Below, piece after piece: positions 48,854-62,829 of a stretch of DNA of 64,000 nucleotides. The DNA lies in contig CM114271.1 in NCBI GenBank assembly GCA_050084515.1, positions 42,470,001 through 42,534,000 of the forward strand, given 5' to 3'. Made by a program: the position numbers and the translations under genes. The stretch's first letter is position 1. Every line of letters starts with the position of its first letter. The stretch is from Blasia pusilla (Eukaryota). The notes beneath the pieces were generated by a model. The model did no database searches. It was not told the origin of the DNA and worked only from the letters and a program-made list of their open reading frames with translations.

Positions 48854-49849
48854 TGTCCATAAAACCTATTACATACGTGGGTTCTCATTTGGTAAAATAA
48901 CGTTCAAGAATTTATTAGTATGTGACTAATGACATTTACTTTCTCCATGGATATATATATCTTTCACCATAACCCAAGGATATAAGTAGTCGCCCACCAC
49001 TTTATAAAACTTTGGCGCCCCGTAGAAATGAGGCGGCCAAAAATCCAAACCTCGAGATGGCTCCATGAGTGGTACGAGTCCGTACCGTTATTTCATGTTT
49101 ACGCAATAAATTTATATATTTTTTACACACTATTAGATCCACATACAAAGACCACACAATCAATTAGAAGTGAAAAGGGCATACGCGACCAAATCCAATC
49201 TCAAGTTATATATTGTCATCAAGCCACATCCACTCCACTGTAAACCCTAAATCCACATCCATCCTCTTTCATGAAGGAAAAGGGTGGATGTGGGTTGGTA
49301 CATTCGGACTCTCACATCCGAGCTCCTACCAAATCCTAGAAGGAATAGTATTGCATCAACTCAACATGAGAAAGGTGGCTTTTGAAAGTCATATCTTCAT
49401 CTCTTATATTTTTGGGAAGAATCAAGAGAAACCTCCCCCAAATTTAGCGAAAATCAGTACTTAATCGACATGTGAACTAACCTGAAATAGAAAAATAGGA
49501 AGTTTTTTAGGAAATATCTAACGCAAAGAAATTGTAACTAACCTCATTTGATCACTCAAGACAAAGACTCATTATTCCCCAATAACATATACATTCCCTA
49601 CACGATTGATATTATAAAACTCCATCTTCACACCAATAATGTTGTGAGAATTGTTGTATGTATACACATTGCTACACACTCTACATGAAATATTTGTTTG
49701 TTATGTGGATATGGACAAACAATCAAATAGAGATCTTCCGAGCACACTCGTAGATCCATCCACTCACACATGTACACCAAGACCATACAACGATCCCCTA
49801 ACTAGAGATTAGGTCTTCTAACTTCATTTTTCTATTCATCACATCTTAC

Positions 49850-50075
49850 TTAGGACACACCCATCGTTTCGTAGGAACTACATCAAGAGAGGGAATCGAG
49901 AATGATGTACGTCATCCTCTAGAAGAACCATCACAAAAACCAATATGTTTGCTATGCCCCTCTTAGATCCACACAGCATACACCACAAGTGTGTAGGTAC
50001 GATTGGCAAGCTTAGATCTATTCTCCCATCCATGTTTAGAAGATACCATGCATATGCTTTGTGCATATGTGTCAA
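49850..50075 (-). mobile_element. Remnant of gypsy integrase C-terminus/PHD, same lineage as the DNMT element
   Basis: NMDGRIDLSLPIVPTHLWCMLCGSKRGIANILV aligns with NIDGTIDPSLAVVSVGLRCMLSGSAYGAATMLV at ~25.7 kb. Confidence 0.7.
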
Positions 50076-50199
50076 AACCGAATTCCATCAATCATGTTTG
50101 TTTAGCAATTTTCTACATGATATCAAAGTGATAGGAAAACATATATTGAAATTCTTGGGGTATGAGGAGAGAAGAGAGGCAAGAGAATGAATTCTTTTT

Positions 50200-51760
50200 T
50201 AGTTTGGGCCAAGGAGATTTCAATCAGAGCTTAGTGGTAGAAGATTTCAAGTAGAGATGTGAAGGTGACGAAAAAACTTGGAGGCATTTTTTAGGGCTTT
50301 CCCAATCAATTCAATAATCTAGATGATCAAGAGATAGGACAATGCATATGCCTTATTTTTACCATCTTATAGAGCTCATCGAGAGTTTTCCAACACTTCT
50401 AAAATCATTTTATTCTAACATTTTGAGTTGCCACAATAGCAATTTTAATGTAAGAAAGTGTAACGAGTGAACGAATGTTGTGCAATTTACTCTCTATATG
50501 CCACTTTTTACTAGTTCTTCCACTACACTAGTTCTTTACTTATTATTAGTTGTGATGTTATTTTTGATGAATTGAAGTCATGGTACGCTCCATTTGAACT
50601 TACTCCATTTCTATATTTTTTTTTTGAGGGGGAAACTATGACTATAAACCAGTAGATATTGTTTAAAAATTCTCCAAGTACTAGTGCAGGGTTAGAAAAT
50701 GTCTTACACTTTTCAGTTAAATTTATAAATTCATGTTTGAAAAAAGTAGAGTAACACATTCTTTTCATAGATTCATAAATGAAGGATTTCTTGCAAAACA
50801 TCATGCATATATGATGACTTCCCTTAAAAAATAAGAACCGAGTATTTTGAAGAAGGTGCATGTAAGGTTGAATGGATTGAAGCCATGGAGGAAGAGCTTG
50901 CTCTATTAAGATATCAACACATTTGGGAGCGGGTCGATATACCTTTTGATAAGGAAATGACTAGTTATAGATGGATTTACAAGATCAAGCATAATCAAGA
51001 TGGTATAATGAAAAAATTAAAAAACCAAGCTAGTAGCTAAGGGCTTTGTACAACAATGGACTATGAGGAGATATTTACCCATGTTACAAAGATAGTAATT
51101 ATGGGAATAGTGATTGTAGTTGTAGTTAGTAAGAAGTGGAGACTATATCCTATGGACATCAAGAATGCCTTGTTGAAAGGGGATTCACATAAGGAGGTAT
51201 ACTAAGGTTGCATATGGAAAAAATTTGTGTACGCGAACATGTCCCGAGACATGTCCATGTCCATGTCCATGGACTTATTGGGCGCACGATATATAACTCA
51301 TCCTTGCCACATAAGTGGTGGGAGACCAAAGCATGTTCCTCCTATAGGAGGAATTTTCCATGTAGGCCCCATCTCTCCCTTCTTTCTCATCCCCCCACCC
51401 CACTTGCCTTCGTGATCCACACTTTCCCGTTTCTACCTCCTCCCATCTCCACTCCCTCCCCCCTTATTGCCCTACCCGCCCTTATATTGCCTTCCGTTGT
51501 GAACTATAAATATGGGCCCCACCTTTTGTAATCCATGTCTATGGACATGTCTAAACTTATCCGGCCATGCTCATCTTAGGGACGGACTTGTCAATTTCTA
51601 TGCAACCATGAAGTATACATGGTTTAACCACCAGGATAGGAGCATCCAATCTTTCCACTTCGTGTATGGAGATTAAAAAAGTTCTATATGGGCTTAAGCA
51701 AGCTCCAAGAGCTTCATATGGCAAGATTACACACGTCCTACGAGAGCTTGGCTTTAAGGC
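50200..51760 (+). mobile_element. Decayed, internally deleted copia fragment (leader, INT-RT linker, RT), same family as 2968-7972
   Basis: WIEAMEEEL..., WIYKIKHNQDG, KKVLYGLKQAPRASYGKITHVLRELGF; nucleotide match to the reverse complement of ~4290-5100 and ~7440-7690. Confidence 0.8.
51203..51610. mobile_element. hAT-type MITE inserted in the copia RT
   Basis: TIRs TAAGGTTGCATA / TATGCAACCATG; 8-bp TSD AGGTATAC / AAGTATAC. Removing it restores the colinear copia RT sequence around EVYM. Confidence 0.75.
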
Positions 51761-54700
51761 CGCTTGCAACTTACCAAAGCAACAAAATCTAACAATCACC
51801 AATGTAATTATTAAGTTGGGTTCTCATACGACAACTATGAAATTAGAAAGCAGTCAGCATGATATGTAGTGATTAGTCAAATCGACATCACAACCAGAAA
51901 TGGAAAGATACGCAAAAAGAAAATACACTCATAGATAGATGATCAAAAAGACAATTGGAAGCAAACCGATCACTATATTGCATCAAAAGAAGCGCTTAGA
52001 GCAATACCTTCATTGGATTTGAGCCTCCACTATAAATTTTTCAATCCGTACTTAAGTAGTTTATATATGTATATATATGATATAAAGAAAGAATGTTAAT
52101 AACATCAATACAAAGATTCTATCAAATTATAGAAAATACTTCACAATGATATATTGGCTTATCTAAATTATTTTGGCTATCATTTAATCATAGTTGAAAT
52201 AGGTAGAGGTTTTGACAAATATGCATAACTATATGAGAAGATAAAATTGAGCACAAAAGAAAAAAATTGAGACGTTTGACGTGAGGGCATCGTGACAAGT
52301 AACTTTAAAAAAATTACCATATGGGGACAACGAAGCTCTATGTTTCTTTGTGAACAAGACTATAGAAAACAAGATAGTAACTATTGCTTGTCAAAAACAG
52401 CAAGAGAGAACATATGATGCAATAAAGTTGATCGACTATTCTAGACTTTACACAATTGAATACTCAAAAAGTAACGTGAAGTAGATGTGTGATTAAGACT
52501 TAGCTCAAAGTAGAGTTGTTGAAGTTAGTTTAGTATATAGTTTCCGATATAGGTCAATTCAATTGGAAATGTTACGCCAATGCTGATGCAAACGCACATG
52601 TAGTCATTTGGGTAGCTGCTACAAATTAGGTGCACTAAATATATACGGATACTAGAGGTGACACAAATATGTGAATGAAATAGCCTGATTGCAAGAATGA
52701 AGACCTGCACCACTTTTGTAGAGAAGTAAGTTCAAGTAATGAATGGAAAAATGAACAAGCGAGACAACTACATGTACAAGTTACCAAAATCTTACTCGGT
52801 GCCACACATCTTTCTCACTCATAAAGGCGAATACACACTACAACATTCCACTTGGCCTTACATATAAAGCTTAATACTCTTAAATAGATTAAGAAAGACA
52901 CTAAGAACAATATGCAAATGGAGAAACACTCAAAAGAGAGGCCAAGGACACAAATATTTATCAAGTAAGCCAAGATCAACTTTATTATAAAAACAAGAAG
53001 ATCCTAGGAAGATCTCTACTATTATAAGAATAATAGACCCCCTCATCTATATGGGGCACATGATCCATCAAGATATTTGCATCTCCTTGAAGAAATCTTG
53101 AAGTTATAATCGAGGAAACCAAATCCCATTTCCCTAGAAAGATGTTGGTGTAGATGCAAATATGGAAGAAAGTCCCACACATACAAAAGAAACAGGCAAG
53201 ATAATTGTCGTGAAGCCAAGACACCATCATCTCCCTTACATGTATTTAGACCAAGAAGTTGATCACAATTTGCCATGGTAGAAGTATCAAAAGAGGCCAA
53301 GTGATCTATCAAAATATCTCCAATCACTCCCCTAAATGGTGGTTGGGTCCTTGTAACTCAAGATAGCCATCTATCTCTCTACCTACTTGTAACATACACC
53401 TATATGATGCTAAGGGCAAGAAGGCATAATGCCCATGTCGCCCCATTGATAATAGCCTTCATATCATCCATTTTAAGATGTAAGAATTGTAAGTGGGAGG
53501 ACAAGTGCGAAGAAGGTAGGACAAACATTGTAGAGAAAAGTGGGAGATAATCCAATAAACCATCTAGGGATCCCCTAGATAAGATAACGAATGAAGTCAT
53601 TCTATATATCTTTGGAAAGGGCCTCATCTAAGAGTTTGGATATATAGTCTATGAAGCCAAGTGGGACATCAAGGACCCGACTCTCTTTGATATAAATGGT
53701 ATTATCAAGAGTAGGTGGGATGAATTTTGAGCGAAGGCATGAAGGAGATCATACCCGACATCTACTAGGTTGGATTTTAAGGTTTAAGATAGAGAGTTAC
53801 TCCACAAAATGGGTATAAGTAGATACCATTACAAAAGAAGGACGTATATGTAGATATCATTAAAAATAAAAGGGAAGAGACAAGATCGAAATGCTTGGGA
53901 TGATGCTCTAAGGATCATCCATAGGATCACCTTAGCATGTGCCACATGCATATGGTTGGAGAATATGTATTCTTTGAAAGTAGCATGGTGAGAAATGATA
54001 ACGGGCATATTATTGGAATAAGAGTGGACAAATGTATTGGGAATTGCTAGGTATTCTCTTGCCGGGAATAACTCTATGAATATGATCCACAAGAAATTGA
54101 AATGTGCAAGCTAATTGAATGAGCATGCTTAGCGCAAGACAACATTTGAACCGCAGTCAACACCAACTTCATTCGCTTGCCAACAAAGGGTCAGCCATTG
54201 CGCTAGGTCTGGGAGGTCATATTGATGTTGTGCCCAAAACCCATAGTTAGTCACAACCATGCAATAAAGGCTTGCCTAAGGTAGGTTCTAGCCTTAGGCA
54301 CTTTGGACCTGCAAGATTTGGACTGTGGCTGCAAGTGGCTAAAGGAAATTTAGAAAGAAAAGAGTAAACCCATAATGCTAGCCTAGATGAGAGAGAAAGT
54401 GACTCTCATGTATTTTGATGGTGTTGACTACAACCTTGCAAATAAGGTGTTGAAGATGTATTGCTTCCTTTTTTATGTCTTAAGGTTACATGTTGGCCTT
54501 GTAATATAAGCAAGACGTAGTTCAACCTCTACTTGCTTTACACCAAAGCACTAGCGACTTTGAGCTTTGCAAGCATAAGTCTTGGGTTGAGTCTCAAAGA
54601 CTTAATTGATTGCACTTTCCATAGGTAGTCAACAAGCACCAAGGGCTAATAAAATCTGAGTTTGCCCAAGTGCTTACCTTCTCCCCATGAAGCCTCTTCC

Positions 54701-55981
54701 CTAAGCCTTGACCAACCTCCTCCAAGTTTCTTGCCTATACGAGAGCGTGTTGGATAATTCCTCAAGGTGTGTTCCGAATGGTTGATTGAATCTTGCCGTT
54801 TGGCGTTTCATAGTTGTCTCGCTACCCTTTGCGTTTTGTGACTAGTCTCGTGGTGTATCATCTTTTGTGGCTACTATTGTGTTCCTTGTTTCTCGCCTTT
54901 AAGTTGGAGCTTGGCGGATCTTACATCTTACTTCCCTCACATTTATCCTCGCAATAGTTATATATACCCTTTTTTTTTTCTTGGTCCAAGCCCAGTCTTA
55001 AGGCTCAAGCACATCTTGCCTAGCATTAGTCTTACGGTTGATTTTTCTGCCATCCCTAGTCTTGCGACTAGCCAATGTAGGTTCCGACTTTGGTGGGTCA
55101 GATCAAGTTCTCTTCTCCTTGTGGTGCACATATGAATCGTTACACAATACACATCGCTAGTCACATCCACACCACACAACACCGATCTTCCCAAAAACAA
55201 GCATTCCTAAACCATTCAAACTTATGACATTTGCATGTCATATATTCTTCATTTATCCAATGCATTGTCCTTGCGTACGTGAATGCTCGAATGCATTACT
55301 TTCAATGCAATTTCACTTCGTACCAGACATCATGTACAAGTCTTCTCCAAAATCCTCCTCTTGACATTTTCAATTCATAAGATTTTACATTCTAAGAACC
55401 ATCAAAATTACTTAAAAATAATAATTAATAATTATTAATGGAAGTTGCTTAATCCCATGAACAACATCGACAAACTATTGAAATAGCTAATCCAAAACGT
55501 ATACACGTGGAGACGGGAGGCCAAGTCGCTTATAATCCGTAAGTGGGCTAATCTATGCTAACTTGTGACGCCGGTCCGTTCCAACGTTCCCGCTCTCCCT
55601 TTAGACCGTGTTAGCAACACATTCGAACGGATTAGCCCTTGACAATTAATCGATAGGAATTATCATAGATCGAATAGGGCCACTTACTGCCGGGGTTGGG
55701 AGGCCCTTGGGAGTCGTGGCAACGGCGAATGCCCGTTTGAAGAATCGGGTACCTACACACGGCTTCCGTTTTTGGGAATGGCAATTTTTAGGGATGTCCA
55801 AAAGAGATTTTTGTCCTCTTTTGAACGATATAAAATTTTAAATTCTTATTTATAAAAAGTTATTATTATTATTCAATAAAATCCACTCGTATGAACTACA
55901 CGGGAATTTCCTCCGTCCCCGTATTTGTTTCCCGTCGGGAGGAAATGAGTGGCCGTAATAACGGTAATTGGGACTTCGAGC

Positions 55982-56300
55982 CAGGGTCCGGGGAGTTTTT
56001 TTTGTGACAACCGGTACATTTCCGGTTTCTACAAAACCGAACGGAAAATTTTCAAGTTTTCGTCATTCCAGCCGACTAAATAGATACGAATACAAAGGAC
56101 ACCCTCCCTGAACCTTCGGTTTTTGGCCGGTAAATGACGAACTGAATTGGAAATTCTCAATTTCTACCGGCCAGCCCAACACGTAACCGCAGTTCTCCCC
56201 GGACATTGCTTCGAGCAACGGACGAATTCTACAATCCGTCCGTAGATTCAACGGGCAGACCATAGTTAGGTCTGTCCATTGTCTAAGAAGTCCTTCATCC
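55982..56300 (+). mobile_element. Left end of a hAT-like element related to 19008-23319
   Basis: Begins CAGGGTCCGGGGAG, matching the hAT TIR, followed by CCGG-rich subterminal sequence. No matching right end found. Confidence 0.5.
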
Positions 56301-56499
56301 GCCACATTCATTCAGTGGTCGACCGCTACAAATTTAGCTGAACGAACATGCCAGACCTTGCTGATCCGAAGCGCATTAGGCTAGACCCTACCCTAAGCGA
56401 GCGACCCTTCATTGCATGGCCGTAGCTATATATGGCCTTCGGAAGGCTGAGAAAGAACTATGGCCTCCGGTCGTGCCAAGGGAGAAAAGATGCACTTCG

Positions 56500-59400
56500 A
56501 TAAAAACGAGTGATGGAAAATTCGGAAGTTTAAAAGAGGGGGACTCAAAGAGTCAAAACACGAAGGCCACAACACGAAGAAAAGGAAGAAGGGGCATTCC
56601 CCCTAACAAAAACTCACCAACAAAAGAGACAATATCAGCAACAACAAGAGAGCTATGACTACTAAAGTGGGCCTAAAAGCGCGGCGTCTCCCCAGACTGA
56701 GCCGCAAAATCCCATTGGGGATGCGCAACGCTATGGAGACCCGCGCCACAGGATCGCGAGTAGCTAAGGACAACCCATTTGGAGTGGAGATGATGGGCGT
56801 ATTCGTTGAACGAAAGTCGAACCTCTCCCCCATAGCCCCATACATCTCTATGGCAAATGTATTGGGGATGAAGATGTGACATAAACCTCGTAGTCGATCA
56901 GTAGATATGTGTCTTCTTCGCCGCGCCGCCCGCCGCCGCCGGCCGTATTCCTTGTAGCATTCGCCCTTGGGCCACCACTTGGGCTATGAATATGATCCAC
57001 GCGAGGATGTGACTAACGTCCGCCACAACCACCTTAGCCTCAGCGTGTCATGTAGAGATCAACAATGAGGGAATCCCGCAAGGAGTAGTGCCTCTCTCTT
57101 GCACATGGAAGCCACTCTCCGAGCAATATGAACATGATATCCGCGACCATTGCGTCGTGAGTGGCTATCCTCTCATAATTGATGTTGTGCCAAATGCACA
57201 CCAAGTGGATCAGGCTCAACGACACTGCAATGTGTCGAACCAACCCCGATGGTTGGGGAGGCCAAGCGGAACTTTGCATCGCTGTGGTATAGGTAAGTGG
57301 TGCGCACGGAAAGCTGGAAAGGGCGCGCCCTAAACCCATGAGCCTGCTTTCGGAGCAAGAGCGAAACGGGCCCTAACCTCCATGGGGATATTCCCGTCGG
57401 ACATAGTGCCTCTAAAACGCCTCAAAGTGGGCTTCCATCAAGGAAGATTGGAGCCAGGATGACCGGAGGTAACTAAGGAGGAGAAAGTGGGGAGAACGGC
57501 TGGCCTCAACTCGAAGGGAATCTCTACAAGTGTGAGTGAAGACCGGAAGGGAAAGAGCCATCCTCGACACGGGAGCGTAAGTGTAGAAGGAGCGGTCTAT
57601 CTCTAACCAAAAATCGGAAGCAAAGGAGGGATGCCACTATGGCCCAACTCCTAAAAAAGCGGAGGGCGCCACTAACTCGGTCGAGAGAAGACCTACTCCA
57701 CCAAAAGAAATCGGCCAAGAGGCCTGTCTGAGCCTAACTCCCCATGGGGCACTCTAAGGAGCCGGGTCCTAGAAGATCCCCAAACACTGCATGAGCTTCC
57801 TATCAAAGGATCTATAGGGAAGAAAGGTGACTAGATGTCTCGACAGTTCTAGTGAGGTAACCAGGTCTCTGAGCAAAACAAGAAGAGAGAATGCCGAAGG
57901 CGACTTGAGGGTCACCAATCCTCGTAAGATCATCAACGTGGAGAAGATCCTCGGTAAGAGCCGCCACGAAAGTCGATACAAAGTCCTGGCTCCCGGCGGT
58001 ACTCCCAAGACTCGAAGCCCTCATTTACAGTCGCAAGAAGCCGTCGGGTAAATGTAGATCATCACGTAGGCCTAATGGAGACCAAGCCTTGCACTTCCCC
58101 ACCTTCACCGCCAGGACCGACACGTGCTAGCAATTGTCTTGAAAAGTGCTCGAATGCAGGGACAACCAGATCTCGGGACCAACAATATGAGTATCATCCG
58201 ACTTTGTGAAGGGAACATGCAACCCGGAAAGCCTCCACCGTGAGAAAGAACGGCTCGAATGAGCAACTTGACAAACAAACGCGCCACCCAGAGGGTCACC
58301 CCGACGAGTCCCGGTAGCGGACTCCAAGACCGTGACCTCCTCCTCGAATCGACCATGGTGGAAATAGAGGGCCGAAGGGGCCCCATAAAAAGCCTTGCAC
58401 AAGGAATGAGGCTCGCCATGGGGCCACCCACGTCCCTCAACTCTGTGAATATAGTAGCCCGAGATACAAGTTGAAGGCGTTCTCCACGCCCACTTGGAGA
58501 ACCACCCACTCTGGATGTACATCTAGACAAGCCCTCAAACCTAAGGCAACCGACATCTCACATCAATGGCGTGGCAACTTGGTGCGGACTCAGAACCATG
58601 AAAGCCTCACGGAATTGCAAAGCGAGAGTACGACTCACCAACCGCAAGAGCACCTCACCTATGGCAATCGGACGGATACCACCACCCCTTTGACAACGCC
58701 AAAAGTCGCCCCGCCCCTAATACTTGGGCCATTTTGCTGTTGGCACTCTCCTCGAAGCTAGGTGAGAGGCAACTAAAGCAATTCCGGAGGCTTAGCGGTG
58801 TCCTCGGAAGAAAGCAATCACGAAGGTGTTCGTACATCAAACCAGACAAACCTCCGCCGCAATCCTCGGAGAACGCCCGAGAGCCCGTGCAAAGAGGGAC
58901 GTGAGGGTCAAGGCATATAAGCCGTGTCGGGGTGGAAGTCACGTGCAAAAAGCGGAATGTCAACCGATGGACGAGGATGTAGCCTCGGAGGGCATCGATG
59001 GTAACGTTTGAAGAAGGAGCCATGTCCATCGGGCGAAGAGCACGTCGTTTTTGGGCAGTACTTTTAGGGATGTCTACATCGCCGCTTTTGGCGCTCCAGG
59101 ATCGTGCACGGAAACCAGGTGGACTACTACCTCTGGCGAATGCCACAAACTCACTTAGAGACTCCCAATCACCTCCTAAAAGCGTCTCGGGCGTGCTATA
59201 ACCTCTCTATGACCGGCCTTCCCTCCCCGAGTGTAACGAAGACACCATCGTGGAAGGAGAAGTAGTAGGTACCACGAGAGCTCATCCATAGGATCAAGGG
59301 GATCCTAGCGAGGGGAAGGAGGAATGCGTGGCGGAGGTCGTCCCCGAATAGCATGGGGATCCTATGAAACAACCTCGGGCAGGAAAACGGGTCTCGAAGA

Positions 59401-60090
59401 GAGACCTATAATCTTTGCCAGGTGGGACCTCAACCACTCCCATGCCTCAGGGGGGCGATGATGCGAGAAGCACCGGAGAGCATCCATGGTCGATAGGAGG
59501 GACCACCCATCCAAATCTATCAAAGTTAGGATGTTTAGCCGCTAAGTGGTTCGAATTCTGAGCAGTGAAGAATTCGGGACAACATGGGCATTTAGTATCC
59601 GACTAGGCGACCCACGGGTCCCCACACGGGGAGCCAATGCGGGTCGAGGCATGGATGCAACTCACCAAGAAGAGGATATGGCCCCCTCCAATAAAATCGT
59701 GCGACAATCCCCCGTCAATAACAGTCATGTCATCCCCATTCGAACGAGCGGTCCTGGCAAACCACTCTCTTCCCGTCCACGGTAATGCTCCCTCTAACAT
59801 AAACTCTCACCTACCAACATCACCTAGGACTTCTAGTCCCAACCCCCTCCCAAAAATAAACTCATGAATACGTAGAGTTGCTAAGAGTGTGAAAAGATCA
59901 TGGGCCCTTCGAGATAAAATAGATGAGAAGAAAAGTGTATGTACGGGAAGGGTAACAAATACAAACGAGAATCGAACCAAAATGAGAAGCACATACGACA
60001 AATACGACAAACAAGAAAGGACTTGGGAAAGGAGGGAAGGGTGGGTGAATAAGGGTCGTGCCATAGTTCTCTGCATTCTTAGATGACGTG
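56500..60090 (-). mobile_element. CRE-like non-LTR retrotransposon (RT plus restriction-like endonuclease), degenerate
   Basis: GLSGLMYEHLRDC; GRLLALSKG followed by an IRPIAIGE-type motif; GTRRGDPLGG (GxxQGDPLG); SDDTHIVG (YxDD equivalent); LGVPPG; GDPQVAFGIL; C-terminal Cys/His region and LIVD of the REL domain. Many frameshifts; boundaries approximate. Confidence 0.75.
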
Positions 60091-61030
60091 TCATCCCAGA
60101 AAATAAATACGAAATTTATAGACCTTTAGTAGGGGCCATTAACAAAGTACCCGTACCTGGACTTGCGACCACCAAGTACTAACCAACGCGTACACCGTCA
60201 AATTCCTGACGGCGCCGACCTCTCTCGAGAACGATGCCGCACACGGAACCTACTGTCCTATCAGTGGAGCCCACCTCAGGTTGGTTTGCGTCGGTGCGAG
60301 CAGCGATTGTACTTACTACTACTACTTAATTAATGCTTTTGAGTCGGTGAAGCCACTTTTCGACCAATGATGATGCCCAGGCACTACACCTTAGTTTTAA
60401 TGATTAATTAGTTCAGATTATCTGGTCCCTTACTAGTAAGCCGTGCGTTTTATGGAGCCCACTGCCATACACACATGGAAGGAAAAAGATGTTCTCCCAC
60501 AAAAAAACGGAGAAAATCGAGATTCGGCGAGGACTGTGACGACTGTATGGTTAAAATCGCGAATCTAAAGAATCGCGACCTGGAGAATCGCTTCTGCGGT
60601 TGGTAGCATTTCCCGGTGTTTTCTTTCGAAGAAGAATGAAGGATCACTGTCCCTTTCAAGAGCGAGCATTTGTCTATTCCGTCATTTAGTCGTCTTGAAT
60701 CGGCCCTATTCAAAAATTAGAGGGACGCCGGGCAAGTTTCGAGCCTATTCTTCGCATTCAGAGATCAGTGCACGTTTGGCAGCGGGGCGTCCATTCTGCA
60801 CTTTCTGGGAGGCGGTTTAGTAGGAGCGGCAGTTCAAATTTCAAACCGGAGTGGAGAGGAGAGGAGAGGAGCGTATAAGATGGATTTATCGTATATCCTC
60901 CTTCATCAATCAGCTTTCCACTCGTCTCATTCCAGCGTTCTTTGTGCCAATCGTTTATTGAAGGGAGGGACTTTGAAGGGAAGCTGTTCTTTCTGCTGTG
61001 GTGTCGTGGTTTGTTATCGGGTCTGCAGCG

Positions 61031-62786
61031 ATGGCCCGCCCATGGGGAGTGGGATTTGGAGGGATTGCGATTATGATGTTCGTGGTGACATTGCGGTGCT
61101 TGGTGGCAAATGGACAAACAGGGATCTGGAATCTGGTAGATGAAACTGTTGATCAAATGGGGATCGGGGCGACTGGAACGAGGCGAGCAGTGCCTGCCGT
61201 CTACATATTCGGGGACTCGACTGCAGACAGTGGCAACAATAATAAGATGGCGACGATTGCACGCAGCAACTATCCTCCTTATGGTCGTGAATTCGACACG
61301 CGCCATGCCACTGGGAGATTTAGCAATGGTCGGATGACGTCCGATTTTATTAGTAAGTCCTCTCTGTAGAAACTCAATTCTCCTCAATGACCTCCTGCCA
61401 TTTCTCCGCACAGTCTCTTCAGCGCTTCCGCCATATTATTTTTATGTAGGAACGTGGTTTCTCGTAATACACACCTTCCGCTTCGATGATTGATCGCTTC
61501 AGCCTTTTGATTTGATTTTCGTGTTTCATGAGGTGTAACTCTGGAATTCTCACCTCGGATCGTCTAAACTGCAGCCGCGTTCATGCGCATTCCAATCGTG
61601 CCGCCGTATTTAAGCCCAGAGGCAGATATGTACAATTATCAAGGGGCGAACTTCGCTTCGGCGGGCGCTGGTATCCTGAACCAAACTGGCAATGTCTTGG
61701 TAGTGCTCTCGAATATCCTTTCCAAACTTCACCCAACTACGCGACACAAACCACTGAGAAAGAAAAGCTGGCTATGATTTGGTCCTTTCGTCTTTTCTTC
61801 ATAAAATCCCGGCTTGAAGTTTGAGGCGATGACATTGTCTTGCACTGATCCTAGTAATGTTCGGATTACCCTGCGTTTTGATCTGCAGGGAGCTAAGATT
61901 TCAGGGTGGGAGCAAATTGAGCTTTTCCTCGAGAAACGCGACAAGCTGGTTCAGCTCATGGGTGAGGAGAACGCTGCGAAGGCACTTAGGCATTCAATTT
62001 TCTATTTCGCAACTGGCGGGAACGATTACATCCACAACTATGTTACCAACGACACAGACGCTGCACTCCTGCCCCACGAGGCATTCAATGCCCTCCTCCT
62101 CACGACTTTTGAAGCCCAATTGAAGGTTAGATCTACTCGAAATAAGTCTAAAAGACCGCGGAAGCTGCTACTAATGACTACTCTCGTGAAGCTTGCTTTT
62201 ATGTGAGAGACCAAATGCCTGACTGACTGTCGAGATATACCTTGGATCATTTGGCCACAATGTTCTGAGCTTTCAATTGGTTGTGATGTGCAGACGCTGT
62301 TTTATGCGGGAGCTCGCAAGATTGTTGTGCTCGGGATCGGGCCTGTGGGATGTGCTCCTCACTTTCTGTGGGCTACCGGCACGACAACCGGCGAGTGCAT
62401 GACGAAAGTGAATGGGTATGTATCCGAGTACAACGATGGACTGAGAACTATGATCGGGACCTTCAATGAGCAGAATCGCGGAGCTCATGTCATATACCGA
62501 GATATCTACAACGTTGTCTATCAGCTCTCCAAAAGCCCGCTCGATCACGGTGAGCTCCTCTGACAACAGCATGGGGACTTGTTTGTAGGTGTCCGTCACA
62601 GGTGGCATTTCAAATCTGAACTTCAGATTTGCTCGAATTTGTCGGGGTCTGTTCACCCGCGACATAGAAATCTTACCCTCACCCGCGACCTGGCCATTGT
62701 AAAATTGCTGCGACGCGGTCGGAGAAGTTTGTGTGCGATCTACTAAACACCCGATGTGTCATGCGGTGAGCGTGGATCGAACACGC

Positions 62787-62829
<43 letters not shown>

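Noticed and set aside
60758-61411. 217-aa minus-strand ORF
   Set aside because: Antisense shadow of GDSL exon 1 with no domain features.
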